Positions 22,934 to 37,133 are shown, counted from the first letter of the whole stretch. The stretch: DNA of 52,937 nt, filler included, from Catajapyx aquilonaris (GCA_000934665.2; 3 parts of 3 records of this genome joined end to end with filler, not necessarily neighbours in it); one strand, 5' to 3'. The notes: generated by a model from the sequence alone, not told the origin. Numbers and translations are program-made.

Positions 22934-25900
22934 GCCTAGAATTAGTCACTTCTGTATTACTTCGGTAATTGATAAACACCCCCTTGGATCAAAATGGGGT
23001 ATGTAAAATCAATGAAATAAAATAAAAACCACTACAATCCAATTTTTTAATATGGGCCCCTGTGTATTTGACTCTAAATAACTCCCAGGTAAATGGGAAG
23101 GAGAGTCCTCCAAGACTGGAATCGGAAAAAAGTATCTGTTAACATGATACTTCTGCCACATTCTTCACTGCCAGAGAATGATTGGAAATTTAATGGAAGA
23201 TTTCCAGTCCATAAATATTTTGACAATCTCTAATCTCAAATTCTAACCTGGCCCTTGTGACCGAGAAGTGAATGGCATGTCACATTGCGCTGACGCCGTC
23301 CTTAGATGATAAACATCGACCACTGTAATGAAGACTAATAATGACTCCTGCAATCTTACTGATACAATGATTCTATTTCTAAAATTATATTAACAACATG
23401 TATGAATAGCAGGGTTGCCAGTCCTCCTGGGTAACTAATATTCAAGGTGATATCTCCCTACCCAGCCACCGGGGTAGCCTCAGACAAGGGTCGTACTCAA
23501 CCCAGCACACTCCAAATGTAAAAATAAAGAAACGAGGCAATCAAGAGCCATAAGGGGACAAAAACCTACGACAACATCACACGCAACAGGTCTGATGTAC
23601 CAATTAAATCCTAAACATGCAAGAGCAATAACCGCGTAACATTGTGAGGTAACTATTGAGCAGGATATTCTGCAATACCTGGTATATTCCACAACACAAC
23701 CAGTTCCTGCAAACATGCCAACATTCGCAACATGGTGAGGTGAGTCAAGTACTTACTCTTCAGCAAATTCACGGCCGATGCCTGCTGGACAAGTCCTACA
23801 ATTTGATAGTTGAGGTTCACCTTACCAAAGATGATTTCTGTGGGTCTATAAAACATGGGTACTCTCATATTTCATATTAATCAACACCGCTTGGCTGGCC
23901 ATTGCGCCTCCGAAAGTGTCCCCAGGCAATCAGTGTCGACCAAGATGATATTACCACAGTACATTCTTGCAAATTAACGGATGACGGCTAACATTGAATC
24001 CTATTACCAAGTGACACATACTGTCAACACTGATTCATAGAGCGAGGGAGGAACAGGATACCTGCAAGTAGCACACAGAAAGTCCACCCAATAACTACAG
24101 AAGTAGTTTGAACGGTACTACACCAAAATTAGTGGTGAGAAACGTCGTTCTTATTGGTAATAGATCTCCGTATAGAGGTATGGTGAACGTTACAAATATT
24201 GTAAGTAAAGCACAGGTAATTTGACAGCTGTACTCAGACAACAATCCCACGATGTAGGAATGTCAGTACCCAAATACACATGTGTAGGTGCACTTCAGTT
24301 TCCCAAAGAAGCAGACGAGTCGTCAGGAGATGGATCCATGGTGTAGTACACGTACCAAGTCAACTTCCTCAACAATAGAAACTCCACGTAGTGATGAACT
24401 AATCAATAATATGGCGATATTATGTCCCAAGTATGACGATGTTGATGAAATTACTAAATAAGTTATTAAATATTTTGGAAAGCGAAAGTAAAACACACTT
24501 ATACTAAGACTCCTCGATTAGTGAGGACAATGAAGATCTAAGCGGCTACCCTATACTTCGGAGAGGTTCCATGAAGACAAATTATGACGAAATCATACCA
24601 GCTTAAGGCACAAGTATAGATTTCCATCCTGTTGCACTATTACTGTAGTGCCTAAAGCACAAAAATCATTATTGCCAATACAACTCGCACACATGTTCGA
24701 GAAAAAAATATGACATAATACTCACGAATGAGATACACGTCATTTTTTATATTATTTATTCATTTTTTTATTATCCTGGAGGGGTCGGAGGCCATTGGGG
24801 TGCCATCAATATTTGAAAAAAGATTACCCATGAGAAACTCCTACACACATATGTAGTTTATTTCTTGGTCGTTCTGAACATCGTTCACCTTTAAATCTTC
24901 CCCTGTACAATCCGATAACGAGCAAAATTAGTCAAAATTACAATGCAGCTCACGCCGGATTTAAAAAATATGGCCAACTGATGCATAGCATTCAACATGA
25001 TATAAGCGACGCTTAATATGACAAAATATCACATTCATAAGAATTCACAACATGTGTACTGACAACAAAGGACCTAAGCCGCAATTCGCACGTTCAATGA
25101 ATTCAGGTGTTACATACGCAGTACACGTAGTACGTAATAAAGCCAGGTTGAGAGGACTCTGAACTTTTCATTCAGTAAAGGAAGAAATGGTATGGTAATG
25201 GTATGCTAACAGTTTTGCACGCCGACAGTGATGATGTCCCCATGCAGACGTTACCTGCCGGTGTATACTCCTACGGTATGCCCAGGAACAATCATGAAGA
25301 GAAGTTTGACTCTTAGGCCGGGAAATTCTACAAAGAAGCATCAGAAGACGGAATATGCAGCCATGGACGAAGATTTCCGGCTGTCAGGATCCATCTCCAC
25401 CAGATGACGACACAGCAGAACAGCAGAACAGCAAGCAGGGCCAGGAAAAATTCTGATTACTTTCATGTTGACGAAAGAAATTTAAGGAAACAATAATTTT
25501 GGAGTACAATCTTCAAAAATAGCAAAATCCTATAATTTCTGCATTGATGATCATATACCATGAAGCCAAGCTGTAGACAAAGGCACATTACCCAGGAAAC
25601 ATGGTTACAAGTAAACCGACGACGACACAACCATCCTACGTTGATATTATGTCATGTGATTGGTTTGATTTTGGCGTTAATATAAACATCCGGTAATGCT
25701 CTGAAACAATGCCAGTAGTTGAACCGAGTTGAACTCACTTGTACTAAAATGTCGTGTGAATTATTATTGTTACTTTGCTTGCTTTCCATCCGAATTGGCG
25801 AAGCAGCCTTGAATAATATGTGAATATATTAAATTTATTCCCATGGCAATAGAAGAATGCCCCCGGGATACTTCCGTGTTATGATATCACCTACTCCGTG

Positions 25901-27643
25901 GTATCACTGGGGTTGTGCAGCTTGGCATGCCTAATCCCAGGAACGCTTTTCCTATGCGGTAGGGGAAGGCGGAGGAACCGGAGGAACGAGAGGTCGGCTA
26001 TATTTTAAAATCAAAGAGTAAACAGATATCAATGCTCTAACATTATGCCAATGATATAATACTAGGAACCCTACTAGGAAACAATAATATTGTGGTGCTA
26101 TTTCTACAATCATTGTGAAGCGTCCACTAAAATACAAGGAATAATAATAATTGAGCCATATGCTCCTCTTTCAAGTAGAGACATGGTGTGAGTGTGAGAA
26201 TAATCTTGCACAGTTTCCACAACTCATGATATATGTTGCCACTATTGCGTGACTTCAACGAACCCTTGCGTGTATATGAGATAAACGCGAGGAATGCTCA
26301 CAGTCAGAGACCAAGCGGAACTATGAGATGTAGGAAGACGCGTCACAAATTATGAGACAAGACCCCATTTGAAGTCAGTAGATTAACATTGGTCTAGAAA
26401 TGAACCAGTGAAATGAGGGTTTCCATCTGCGACGTGGCAACACAACAAAATAATCTGAAGATATTGAACATTCCTTGCGACGGACACCATTCAGAAGATC
26501 ACAAAAAGGACCAGTAACCACCCATTCCGCAAAAAACTAACTAATGAAGACATGTTTTGACATTGAAAAATCCATTTTCAATTTCCATATTACGCAATAA
26601 TTCACTGACTCATAAAACCTATTTTTGACTGGCATAAATAACAAGAGAAGCTGATAGAGCTAGGTATTTCTGGCCCTGGCAAAATATTTCCAACGCTGCC
26701 GTAGGGACATCACTGTGGAGCTATCTGGACCATGATCTGGTCACTCTGGATTAGAACATCGCAGCCATTTTGCCAGATTCGTTAATCGAAGAGGGTCGGT
26801 TGTGGCAGGTTCTCCGGACTTATTAAAGAAGAATAATATTGTCCTACGGTGTGTGACGCCCACAGGCCAAATGTCCTGCAGCAGGACCCCATCGCATGAC
26901 CCCGCCGCACGCCATGATGACCTCGACAGCATCGTGTCGTCAGACGAGGCGGGTTCTTCTATACTATAACTACAACTACTATCGGTAATATGTATCAATA
27001 ATACCTATAATAATAGTTTGTGGAATAATATATAATGATGGCCAATAGATGGCGCTAGGCTACCAATTGACTTTGAAAGGTCTGGCACATTGTTCAGTCC
27101 ATATTGGACACAACCAGAAGAAAGAGCAATTGGAATATATTAGCGCACCGAGACTAATCATGGAGACCAAAAACGACGGGAAACGCTCTCTGATCACTAA
27201 AATTCCACGTTGCCCAATGCAAACCTGGATGCTGTACAACATGGCGCTCATATCGTCAATCAGATCAGTATTGATACATAACCATATTGGTCGTATTGGA
27301 CCTGGCAAATAAAATATAAGGTGTTGAAGAGCTGCCCGATGTGATTCACCAATCAGAGGGCGTTCTGTTAGAAAAACACCCAGGAGCACCAGAGGAGAAC
27401 TGTGTACGCTGTACGGTACAGCGGGAACCGTGGGATAGTACGTTGCACATATTGCAGTAGTGTGGTATACAGATTTGAGGTTATTCAACATCTGAAACAA
27501 TATTTTGGCATTTTGAAATGGTACCATCACCTTCCGCAACCAGTCTGATACTCAGGATGTTACCATCTTGGTATACCAGCCAGCAGTTGTCACTTCAGGC
27601 ACGAGGAGAATGATCAAATAACCAGGGAAACAAAAAAATTTTA

Positions 27644-28177
27644 AGAAGAAATCTTACGACGAATGCTAAACTCGATCTTTACTCCAGGGTCTCAGAATGA
27701 GGACGACACATTAAGTTTTCAGAACAGAAGTTATGTCTGACCAGGATGGAGGGCAGCAACACGATACGACATCTGGAGTCCAATCCTGATCCACATACAC
27801 TCTGGTCGGGAATTTGGCACCCACATGAGTGATGATGATGTGGAAACTGCGACTGGCTAGTTCCGCAAAGAAACAAACTGGAAATATTAACCGGCGGTAT
27901 TTACCGCAGGGTTCACGCGTCACCAGTGTCGCAGTGACATCGACGATATGTCAGGTTTGGACGGGTTTGGAGTTTGCCATCAGACGGAGCTCCTGCGCAA
28001 TCTGCTATGAACCAGGCGAATTACATTAATTTTCAGAATTCCACGAGAGGACTCGATTTCATAACGAACAGATTAATGCTATACTGATCAAATTTCACTG
28101 TTTGCTTGTCACAGTATGATAATTACAGAGAATATATGGATCTGTAGCTATAAGAAGAATTACAGATTGGGCACAAG
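27644..28177 (+). mobile_element. KDZ (Kyakuja-Dileera-Zisupton)-like transposase remnant, copy 1
   Basis: Frameshifted pieces read DGNC.L, TGLEFAI, then MN.GE..Y. This is the motif order recalled for KDZ transposases (DGN.KL / GLE.A.CRH / NM..GE..Y). Confidence 0.4.
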
Positions 28178-31100
28178 AAGAAAGAAGAAAGGTTGAAGAA
28201 TGGAAATAATCATGATCACTGGCTTGTTGATATCATCTTATCAAGGTGGTGATGACGGGGGCACGCCCACTTTCAAAAGCAGCAATCAACATGTTTCACA
28301 AAACTCATTTTGAGGAATCTGAGGTGGAGCTGGACATGGTGGGGAGGGCCGTTGAGAAGCCGATAAAGATGCAGCTTCCGAGGGGCAGCGCCGCGTGGCG
28401 TGGATAGTGTCCGACTCTGTGTCGTAAGGACTAAAAAGCCAGATTGAAGCAAATAGGCCTACGAGTAACATGCGGCCGATATGGTTGCGCCCTCATGGGA
28501 TTCTCTGGACAAAGTGCCCTCATGAGATTCTGTGGTGGTGCTCGGGCACACTGACAATATGACAATATTATCTCCCAAGCATTGACGATGTTGATGACAT
28601 TACTAAATAAGTTATGAAATAGTTTGGAAAACGAAAGTAAAACACACTTATACTAAGACTCCTCGATTAGTGAGGACAATGAAGATCTAAGCGACTACCC
28701 TACACTTCGGATATGTTCCATGAAGACAAATTACGTCGAAATCATCACCTGGAAATCTTCCCCTGTACAATCCGATAACGAGCAAAATTAGTGAAAATTA
28801 CAATGCAGCTCACGGATTTAAAAAATATGGCCAACTGATGCATAGTATTCAAAATGATATAGGCGACGAATATCACACTCATTAGAATTCACAACATGTG
28901 TATTGACAACAAAGGACCTAAGCCACAATTCGCACGTTCAATGAATTCAGGTGTTACATACGTAGTACACGTAGTATGTAATAAAGCCAGGTTAGAGGAC
29001 TCTCAACTTTTCATTCAGTAAACGAAGAAATTGTATGGTAATGGTATGCTAAAAGTTATGCATGTCGACAGTGATGATGTCCCATGCAGACGTGACTTAT
29101 ACGGTATGCCCAGGAACAATCGTGAAGAGAGGTTTGACTCTTAGACCGGGAAATTCTACAAAGAAGCATCAGAAGATGGAATATGCAGCCATGGACGAAG
29201 ATTTCCGGCTGACATGATCCATCTCCATCAGATGGCTACAGCGCAGGACAGCAAGTGCGTGGCAATTTTAACCAACATTAATAATATTGTCACGCATAAT
29301 CAGACAGGATATACTGTATTTTAGATACTGTATACGATTTGATTAGTTACCTAATAATTATTCATACAATCAGGCAAATTATCATACTTTTATCGTAGGG
29401 GACTTCCTACAGGAATAAGACTCAGATTTAGTTGATTGTTACATATTCATGACATGAGCTATATACAGGCGAAAATGACAGTTTAGATGACCAAACGTAC
29501 ATTCCAAATTATTAACCCGAGGCTGAGGAAAGAGAGAATGAATTATTGAGAATCATATTCTGCCTGCTATTTCCTCCACGTGTAAGACAAACATAATAGC
29601 TGTCAGAGTACAAAACACAGGGATAGAAAACACCGGCCAGGAAAAATTCTGATTACTTTCATGTTGACCAAAGGAATTTAACCCAAGGATACAAGGATCA
29701 AAGTCGATTAAAGTATACTGCTAGATTATACAATTCGGTGAAAAAAAAAATCCACAGGAAAATAGTCAAGAAACAACCCGCATTCATTGCATTGTATTCT
29801 ATACTGTACATCACACTGTAGAGAAATAAAATTAATATTGCTGTTATAGTGCGTAGAATACTGTCATTTCGGATAGATTCCTCTCCATTTTCGGCATCAG
29901 ACTTTCGGTTATGACAGACTCGAATGGCCGGTCCTGGCAAACTTCCATAAGGTCATAAGTTATAAGGTATAAGGCCATAAGGTATTTTTACTCCTGATAT
30001 AACATACTCATTTTTACCTCACCTTGGCTGTAACAGATAATTTTTTGGTACCTAGGCGGGAAAATATGCTGCTTTTGACTATTCCACTTCCTTTCCCACG
30101 CAAGGAAGGCAGAGAATACTGGAGGAAGGTGATTTTAGCATCCGTCACTGATCTAATAAAGCTACTAAAAACCACACTTTTCTGGTATATTTGGCGACAC
30201 GGAGACTACCTGAAGAAAATTGCGGATTTTTTGTCCTGAATAATTTAAGGCTGACTAATTTTGAATTTTTGTAGATTATTTCATTAAGGGAACAAGAATA
30301 ATTGGAGTACAAACTTCAAAAATTGCAAATTCCTATAATTCTACTATGATAATCATACCATAAAGCCAAGCTGTGGACAAAGGCACCCAGGCAACACTGT
30401 TACAAGTTGTCAAGCAATCGCACTAGATCAAGTGAACTACGCTCGTTGGATGCCCGTCCACACACGGACACCCCCCCCCCCCCNCCCCCCCCCCGACACA
30501 CGCACACACACACCCACTTGTACTAAAATGTCGTGTGAATTATTATTATTGTTACTTTCCTTGCTTTCTATCCAAATTGGAAAACCAGCCTTCAATAATA
30601 TTTGAATATATTTCTTTGCAGGCCAATAGAAGAACGAGTCGTCGATACATGCACCTGATGATCACACTCGGTGTTGCAAGTGTCGCATTCGCTATACCGA
30701 CCACAATATTCCTACTGTGCAGAGGCGAAGGAGGAGCACACAGGACGTCTACATGTCGCATGTCTAAATATTATAGGTATTACCTACAATTTATTCTTGT
30801 TCATGTGTACAGTTCAAGAGTGAATGAACAGTGGCGTCATGAAGCCTGACAGATGTGTGCAAGGGTGGATTTCAAGAAATTTGAGCACTGCTGTACGTGA
30901 CCCCACTATACACAGTCCATGAGAGAATTTATTATTATCAGTCTCGATGATATAATATAAGTGCAGATATCATCTGCAGGGATTGTGTTTTTGGAAGAAA
31001 AAAAACGCAGAAAAATATTGCAGGATTTACATCATAAGGTAGCTCCCACCCACCACCCCCTTATTGGCGGGCCAAGATGCAATGATGGGGTGGCGACAAC

Positions 31101-32967
31101 CCTCGCAACAGAACCTGCTACCGGGTAGGGTTGAAGATCTAAACACTCAGATTGTATTGTTAGTGAATTTGACCTATTGCAGCGCACTATCCAATGAAAG
31201 GAAGAATATTGCCAAGACGTTAGCTGAATTTGTAGACAAGTGACAAAGGGGAAAGACATGGGAATCTAATTTATCATTATTTGGATTGATGAATAATTGA
31301 TCGAAGTAAGAAATATAGTGCAAGATTTAGACAATCGAGACTTTGACTTATAAGGTTCCCAAAATGCAGGCCTTATCAGTCACCTAAATTCTCCTGATGG
31401 CACTAAAACAACAATTTTCTGGATCCTCTAGAAGCATAAATGAGACAAAGACATGCAGAGCAGCAGCGGGAGAAGCAGGAAGAGGTGACACAGCGAAAGA
31501 AAACGACACGCGACATTCTCGTTCGTCAGGTGACCTTGGAAAGCAGAAGGTGGAGCTGGAGCAACAATTGCTAGTTATAGATCTGAACATCGTACACCTG
31601 AAAACATTCCCCTGTACAGTATTCGATAACGACAAAAATGAACGAAAATGCAGTAAGATCATTCACCTACCATTCTACCGTATTGGTAAATTTCATAGGG
31701 CGATTAGATGATGAGGCACGTTTGCAGCAAGTGCTTTGTAAGTGCTCCGGAATCAATATAACTGTGTGACATTTATCAAGTCACACAAAATTAGGCACAT
31801 AATAATAAAAATCAAGTCCGACCTCCTTGGCAAACTTGATAACTGCTTTACAACAACGGGCAATTTACACAGCATCGTTGAATGACGAGATTTAATTCGA
31901 CCCAATTTTTTTTTATTAAAAAAGGACGAGACTGAACCACATGCGTGACATAACCCACGTGGAGACAAGGATTGTTTGATTGATGGTTTAATGGCGCAAC
32001 AGCAGCAATGGCTATACTGCGCCAGTGGAGACAAGGAAGCTATGCAAACTCACTTGATATAGAGGTAGACATCGTCCAAGAAGATCTGAAGAGCAGGGAG
32101 TGTATTCAGCTCCAAGAACACGCAGTGACACATATTGTAGTATCATCCTAACGGAACATGTGATTTATTAAGTATTTTGCAAGCTTATGACAATAATCTT
32201 CCGCAAGCTTCAGCAGCCATATTGAATACCTCGCACAACAATAAGTTGACAAGTAACCACCCATTCCGCAAAAAACTAACTAATGAAGACAGGTGTTGAC
32301 ATTGAAAAATCCATTTTCAATTTCAAGAAATTCTACAGGAAAAACCAAAAGGAGTCCGACTTAGGTGACTTTCCTCTACACTTTTACAAATAGAAGCTTC
32401 TGTGTTACACACACTTATTATCAGTTGTAGGCCGAACAGACTCTATGAGCTGTAGTTAATGGGCAAGAAGGTGACATATTTACCGGCCCATGGAGTGGTC
32501 TTCACTCCACACCTGCCCTTCACCTTTGGATAATGAGAAAAACACAGCGATAATCTCGTAGTGCATAGGAAAACATCACCTAACGTAAAATATAGTATGA
32601 GCAGCAATTGTCATTACAAACACGTCCAACAGAAAATATTCCAACTTGTAATGTTGAGAGACGGCAAAAGACTGCCTCCCAAGTAATGGGGAAGGCAGTT
32701 CAGGAAGGTGGAAGACATTCAGTGCAGCCCACGTATAACAATATTATGGCCGACTGATGCATATGATTCAAAATGATTTCATATCACAGGGAGAGATGAT
32801 ACCGTACATGACGCCATCTTTTCACGAAAACAGAACTACGAAAGGTGCCACTGCACAAATAAGAAGCATTCTTTACCAGCTACGGATGAATGAAATGAAG
32901 CTCCTGTCACAATAATTCATGTGGCAGTGTGATCAAATATATTCGAGGACAAGACCAAAACCTCATC

Positions 32968-33492
32968 AGAAGAAATCTTACGACGAATGCTAAACTAGAT
33001 CTTCCAGGGTTTCAGAATGAGGACGACATATCCAGTTTTCAGAACTGAAATTATGTCTGACCAGGATGGAGGGCAGCAACACGATACAACATCTGGAGTC
33101 CAATCCTGATCCACATACTCTCTGGTCGGGAATTTGGCACCCACATGAGTGATGATGATGTGCAAACTTCTACTGGCTAGTTCCGCAAATAAGCAAACTG
33201 AAAATATTAACTGGCGGTATATTTATATACCGCAAGGTTCACACGTAACCAGTGTCGCAGTGACATCGACGATATGTCAGGTTTTCAGTTTGCCATCGGA
33301 CGGAGCCCCTGCGCAATCTGCAATGAACCAGGCGAATTACATTAATTTTCAGAATTGCACGAGAAGACTCGATTTCATAACGAACAGATTAATGCTATAC
33401 TGATCAAATTTCACTGTTTGCTCGTCACAGTATGATAATTACAGAGAATATATCGATCTGTAGCTATAAAAATAATTACAGATGGGGCACAA
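32968..33492 (+). mobile_element. KDZ-like transposase remnant, copy 2
   Basis: Colinear duplicate of 27644-28177. Confidence 0.4.
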
Positions 33493-33499
33493 GACGCCA

Positions 33500-34123
33500 A
33501 TTCCATAGGTAAAGTCGTATACATATTTGGGAGTACCGTTTAGCACGAGTGGAAACTTTGCGCTGGCCAGCCAGTTCTTTAAATCAAGGGCGACGGTTTC
33601 CATTAACAGTCTCTGGCCGACATTGATGAACCTAAAATTACGTGACATCCAGACAGCGGTGAGGCTGTTTCATGCGCAGGTTGCCCAGTACTATTATATG
33701 GTGCCCAAGTGTAAAGTGATGAGAAGATGAGGAACCTGGTGAGCTCTTTTCGCTCAAAAAATGTCAGTCGCAGTATGCTCCGTGGTTTGGCCTGTCTCGG
33801 ATTGAGGCATGTGGGACCTGGGACGTCGCAGTACCGCATCATTCTAGGTGCCCAAGTGTGAGGTCCGGGTAGGGCCGACACTAGACCAAGTGCAAAAATT
33901 TGTTCTAAAGAAATTTCTCAACCTCCCCAGGAACACCGCAAATTACTTTCTGCATTTGAAGACAGGCGTGTCCCCTTTGTCGCTAAGCCTATACGGGCAA
34001 CTGAGACGGTTTATAATCAAAACTAAAGAGCTGTCCGAATCCAGACTGGTGAAAATAGCGTTTGACTCGACAATGCACACTGCGGAACTGTTTCCCTCAG
34101 TGAATACTTGGGCAGTCCAGTAG
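33500..34123 (+). mobile_element. Non-LTR retrotransposon RT C-terminal fragment
   Basis: YLGV.F.. region, LFHAQV..LLYGAQV, then LDQVQKFVLKKFLNLPRNTANYFLHLKTGVSPL..RLVKIAF, typical of the post-RT region of LINEs. Frameshifted and interrupted. Confidence 0.75.
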
Positions 34124-34475
34124 AGAACCTTGTTGGCCAAGGGAGGGGTGGAAGACCTACAAGTAACATGTGGCCGATGTGGTTGTGCCGACATGGGAAT
34201 GATCTGGACAAAGACAGTGCCCTCGTGGGATTGTGGTGGTGGTGCTCGGGCAAACTGACAATATGGCAATATTATCCCCCAAGCATTGACGATGTTGATG
34301 ACATTACTAAATAAGTTATTAAATATTTTGGAAGGCGAAAGTCAAAAACACTTAAGCCAAGACTCCTTGACTTGTGAGGACGATGAATATATCAGCGACT
34401 ACCCTATATTTGGGGCCTGTTCCATGAAATAACTCCAGTCAGCACCCCACACCTCCAGACCAATGACTGGCAGAA

Positions 34476-34770
34476 CATATACAGATATCACACACTGGAT
34501 ATGCATCTATTAGGACGGCTGTGTGAGTCACGTGTATGACAGTGCCAACTTTGGTCAAGTAAATAATTTGACGGGAGAGCAGGTCAACTGGATTATTCCC
34601 AAACCATCCTCCAGTCAACTTCGAAGATATTCACCAGCAGACTAATGGTGCTGATTGTGGTGCCTTCGCAATTTCATTTGCATGTTGCCATTGCCAACAG
34701 CATCGATCCAAGTTCTCTGATGATTGACATTCCATCATTGCGACAACACCTGGAAACTACTCTTCCCAAA
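34476..34770 (+). pseudogene. Ulp1/SUMO-protease (C48)-like remnant, transposon cargo
   Basis: Ordered motifs HIQISHTG, HVYDS, HQQTNGADCGAFAISFA (34632-34682; Q-x-N-x-x-DCG catalytic motif), DPSSLMIDIPSLRQHL. Confidence 0.7.
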
Positions 34771-35326
34771 GTTAATAGGATGCCGTCAACCGTGAACATT
34801 GACGGCCTTTAAAAATCCAGGAGACAATCAAAAGCCACGACATCCGCTGAAATTCAGGGGGAACGAGGCAGCAGAGGAAATAATGAGCCTTAAATTGCGA
34901 CATGTCACTGCAATATCTTGCATCAAATTAATGTATTCGTCAAGTTACTTTGAATAATTCATTAGCTGTGAGAGCATTCAGCATATTCAATTCAGGGGTC
35001 ATATGAGAACCAAAATATCAAACCGAGCTCACATCGGTAGTAGTTAACATTAGCTTAAAACCAGAGGAAGTAGAGAGCAATACTCAGGACAAAACGCGAC
35101 TTATTCACCAATAATGGCAAGTTCCTCGATGGTGTGAAAACTACAACCATACCCGACAACCCACCATAGGAAAATGTCATTGCAACAGGTGTGCAGTATT
35201 CAGAAAAATGGCGTGCAGTAGTATCCCAAGGCTTATTACGGAGCCTCATGGAAAAATTCCGCAGTGTCGCCACCGTCTATGCGAGTTTAACATGGGAAAG
35301 CGCTACTGCGGCGGTTTCTGTAACTA

Positions 35327-35426
35327 NNNNNNNNNNNNNNNNNNNNNNNNNNNNNNNNNNNNNNNNNNNNTTAATTAATTAANNNNNNNNNNNNNNNNNN
35401 NNNNNNNNNNNNNNNNNNNNNNNNNN
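35327..35426. other. Assembly gap with artificial spacer
   Basis: 44 N + TTAATTAATTAA + 44 N. Confidence 0.95.
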
Positions 35427-35437
35427 TTGAATTTATC

Positions 35438-35530
35438 CTCGCCGTGACGTTTTCCCCCTCCACCAATCACCGCCCACTAGCCGGACGGTCCAACCATAGG
35501 AAGGATATACTCTAACAACCGTGAGAGTAG
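35438..35530 (+). promoter_or_regulatory. Candidate promoter / non-coding first exon of the PRP39-like gene
   Basis: TGACG, CCAAT and CCGCCC motifs within ~35 bp, then a possible donor AG|GTAATG at 35530/35531. The first coding exon begins with a splice acceptor, so an upstream UTR exon is required. Confidence 0.3.
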
Positions 35531-36352
35531 GTAATGTCTGACAGTTTTAACGTTTTCCCCTGAAATTGTGACATTCCTGGGAACCTAAATTAACTGCTGA
35601 ATCTGCTTGCGTCCCCTGTTGGGTTACATAAAATTTCGTTCAAACACCCCACAGAGTTTGTTGGTTTGAGGGTACCTTATTTCGGCGATATACCAACATA
35701 ATTATACTGTATTAAAGTACAGGAGTAAGCAACGTTATCCCATCTCAGGTAGCCCTAATTGTACAATCAGCCTATACACTGGGTATACCGCAATATATTC
35801 TTCCAAATTGATATGACCCCTGGTATTACAAAGGTTTCAAATGACACAGTAACTTATGGGGCAGGTATTGAATCCCATTGGCTATTTCATAACTAGGGAA
35901 ATATTCTCCAAGACCATATTTTCATGGAATCGACAGCATTTAACTGCAGCGCAATTTGCTGCCGGTCAATTTGCTGTGTGTAAATTCAATGCCCTGTCAA
36001 TTTGCTGCGGTCAAATTGGCTGTGGTCAGAATTGCTTGCTCGAATGTCTGTGGTCATTCATAAAATGTAATTCTTGTAATTCTTTTTTTTAAATTGTTTT
36101 TTATTTTACTTACCCCATTGGGAGAATATCAGCGCTCCTTTAGGGGGTGGAATACCACCATTTTTTCATGTCAATTTTTCTAATTTTTCTTCTAACTCCG
36201 GTGCAAGGATGGAAGGACATGGGTAAGGATAGGGATTTTTGGGGAGGGGACACAGGTGCAAATGCAATGTCTGAAAAGGGTCATGTGCAGTCCCCCAGGA
36301 GGCTAGGTTGCCAAGACGCCTCCTTAGGCGAGGGTCAGAGACCCACTGACGC

Positions 36353-36707
36353 AGGAGTATCTTAGGGCAATTCCATGGCGCAGCCGTCCGTACGTAACGC
36401 AAGTGTTGCCTACGTGCACAAGAGTATTTTATTATAACAATGCCAGGATGCATGCACTGCATGCTTAATCCATTTCATGTAATGTGTGGGTATTGTTACA
36501 ATAAAATACGCTAGTACATGTCTGCAAAACCTGCGTTACGTACGGACAATATGGCCGCCTTTCGTGGAATTGCCCCTTACCAGACCAGACCAAGAAATTA
36601 GCCTCCAACAGAGTTTCTGTCTCCCCCTGATGCAATAACTCTCACTCCCACAGGTGACACCTCTGTTGGAGGCTAAATTCCTGGTCTGATCTGGTAAAAA
36701 TACTCCT
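36353..36707. mobile_element. Hairpin MITE interrupted by a Harbinger-type MITE
   Basis: Left arm AGGAGTATC-TTA-CCAGACCAGACC..GCCTCCAACAGAG pairs with CTCTGTTGGAGGC..CTGGTAAAAATACTCCT once 36365-36579 is removed. Confidence 0.7.
36365..36576. mobile_element. PIF/Harbinger-type MITE
   Basis: GGGCAATTCCA..TGGAATTGCCC(C) TIR, internal GTCCGTACGTAACGCA inverted repeat, TSD TTA. Confidence 0.8.
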
Positions 36708-37133
36708 TTAACCGACTGTACATAGCCATTTCATCTAGCAACTTTGACCTTAGCCAATTTAATCTGCAACCAAAAGGCAGCAGCCACTTTGACCGCAGCG
36801 AAATGACCAACAGTGAAATGACATGGCAGCGAATTGACCCGCAGCGACTTGCCTGGCAGCCAATTGTCAGGCAGCCAATTGTTGAGATACCCGTTTCATG
36901 AATTGGCTCTTCATAGAAGAGGCCAAAGACCCAAAGTTACAAGGACTCAAGTAGGCAAATACTGTACAGTATCTTATTTTTTATTTTTTAATTTACCATA
37001 TCTCGTGCTCAAGCCGTTGGGTTGTTTGGGGGGGGGGGGGGCACCCGATTTCCATACATAGGTATTACAATGTGCGAGCCATCCCTTCCATGAAAAAAAA
37101 CAAACAAAAAAACAAAACACACACACACACAGA

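Larger units (their letters stand above)
23400..35326. repeat. Field of decayed, locally duplicated transposon modules
   Basis: Direct repeats seen by eye: ~24415-24598 / ~28563-28745 / ~34268-34427; ~24893-25435 / ~28754-29275; ~25490-25850 / ~30295-30630; ~26515-26585 / ~32253-32325; ~27644-28177 / ~32968-33492. No intact ORF. Confidence 0.8.
35926..36892. mobile_element. Decayed TIR element with subterminal ~15-bp tandem repeats, hosting nested MITEs
   Basis: CAATTTGCTGC-type repeats at the left end and GCAGC(C/G)AA(A/T)TG-type repeats at the right end in inverted orientation. TTTCATG on both flanks. Confidence 0.45.
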
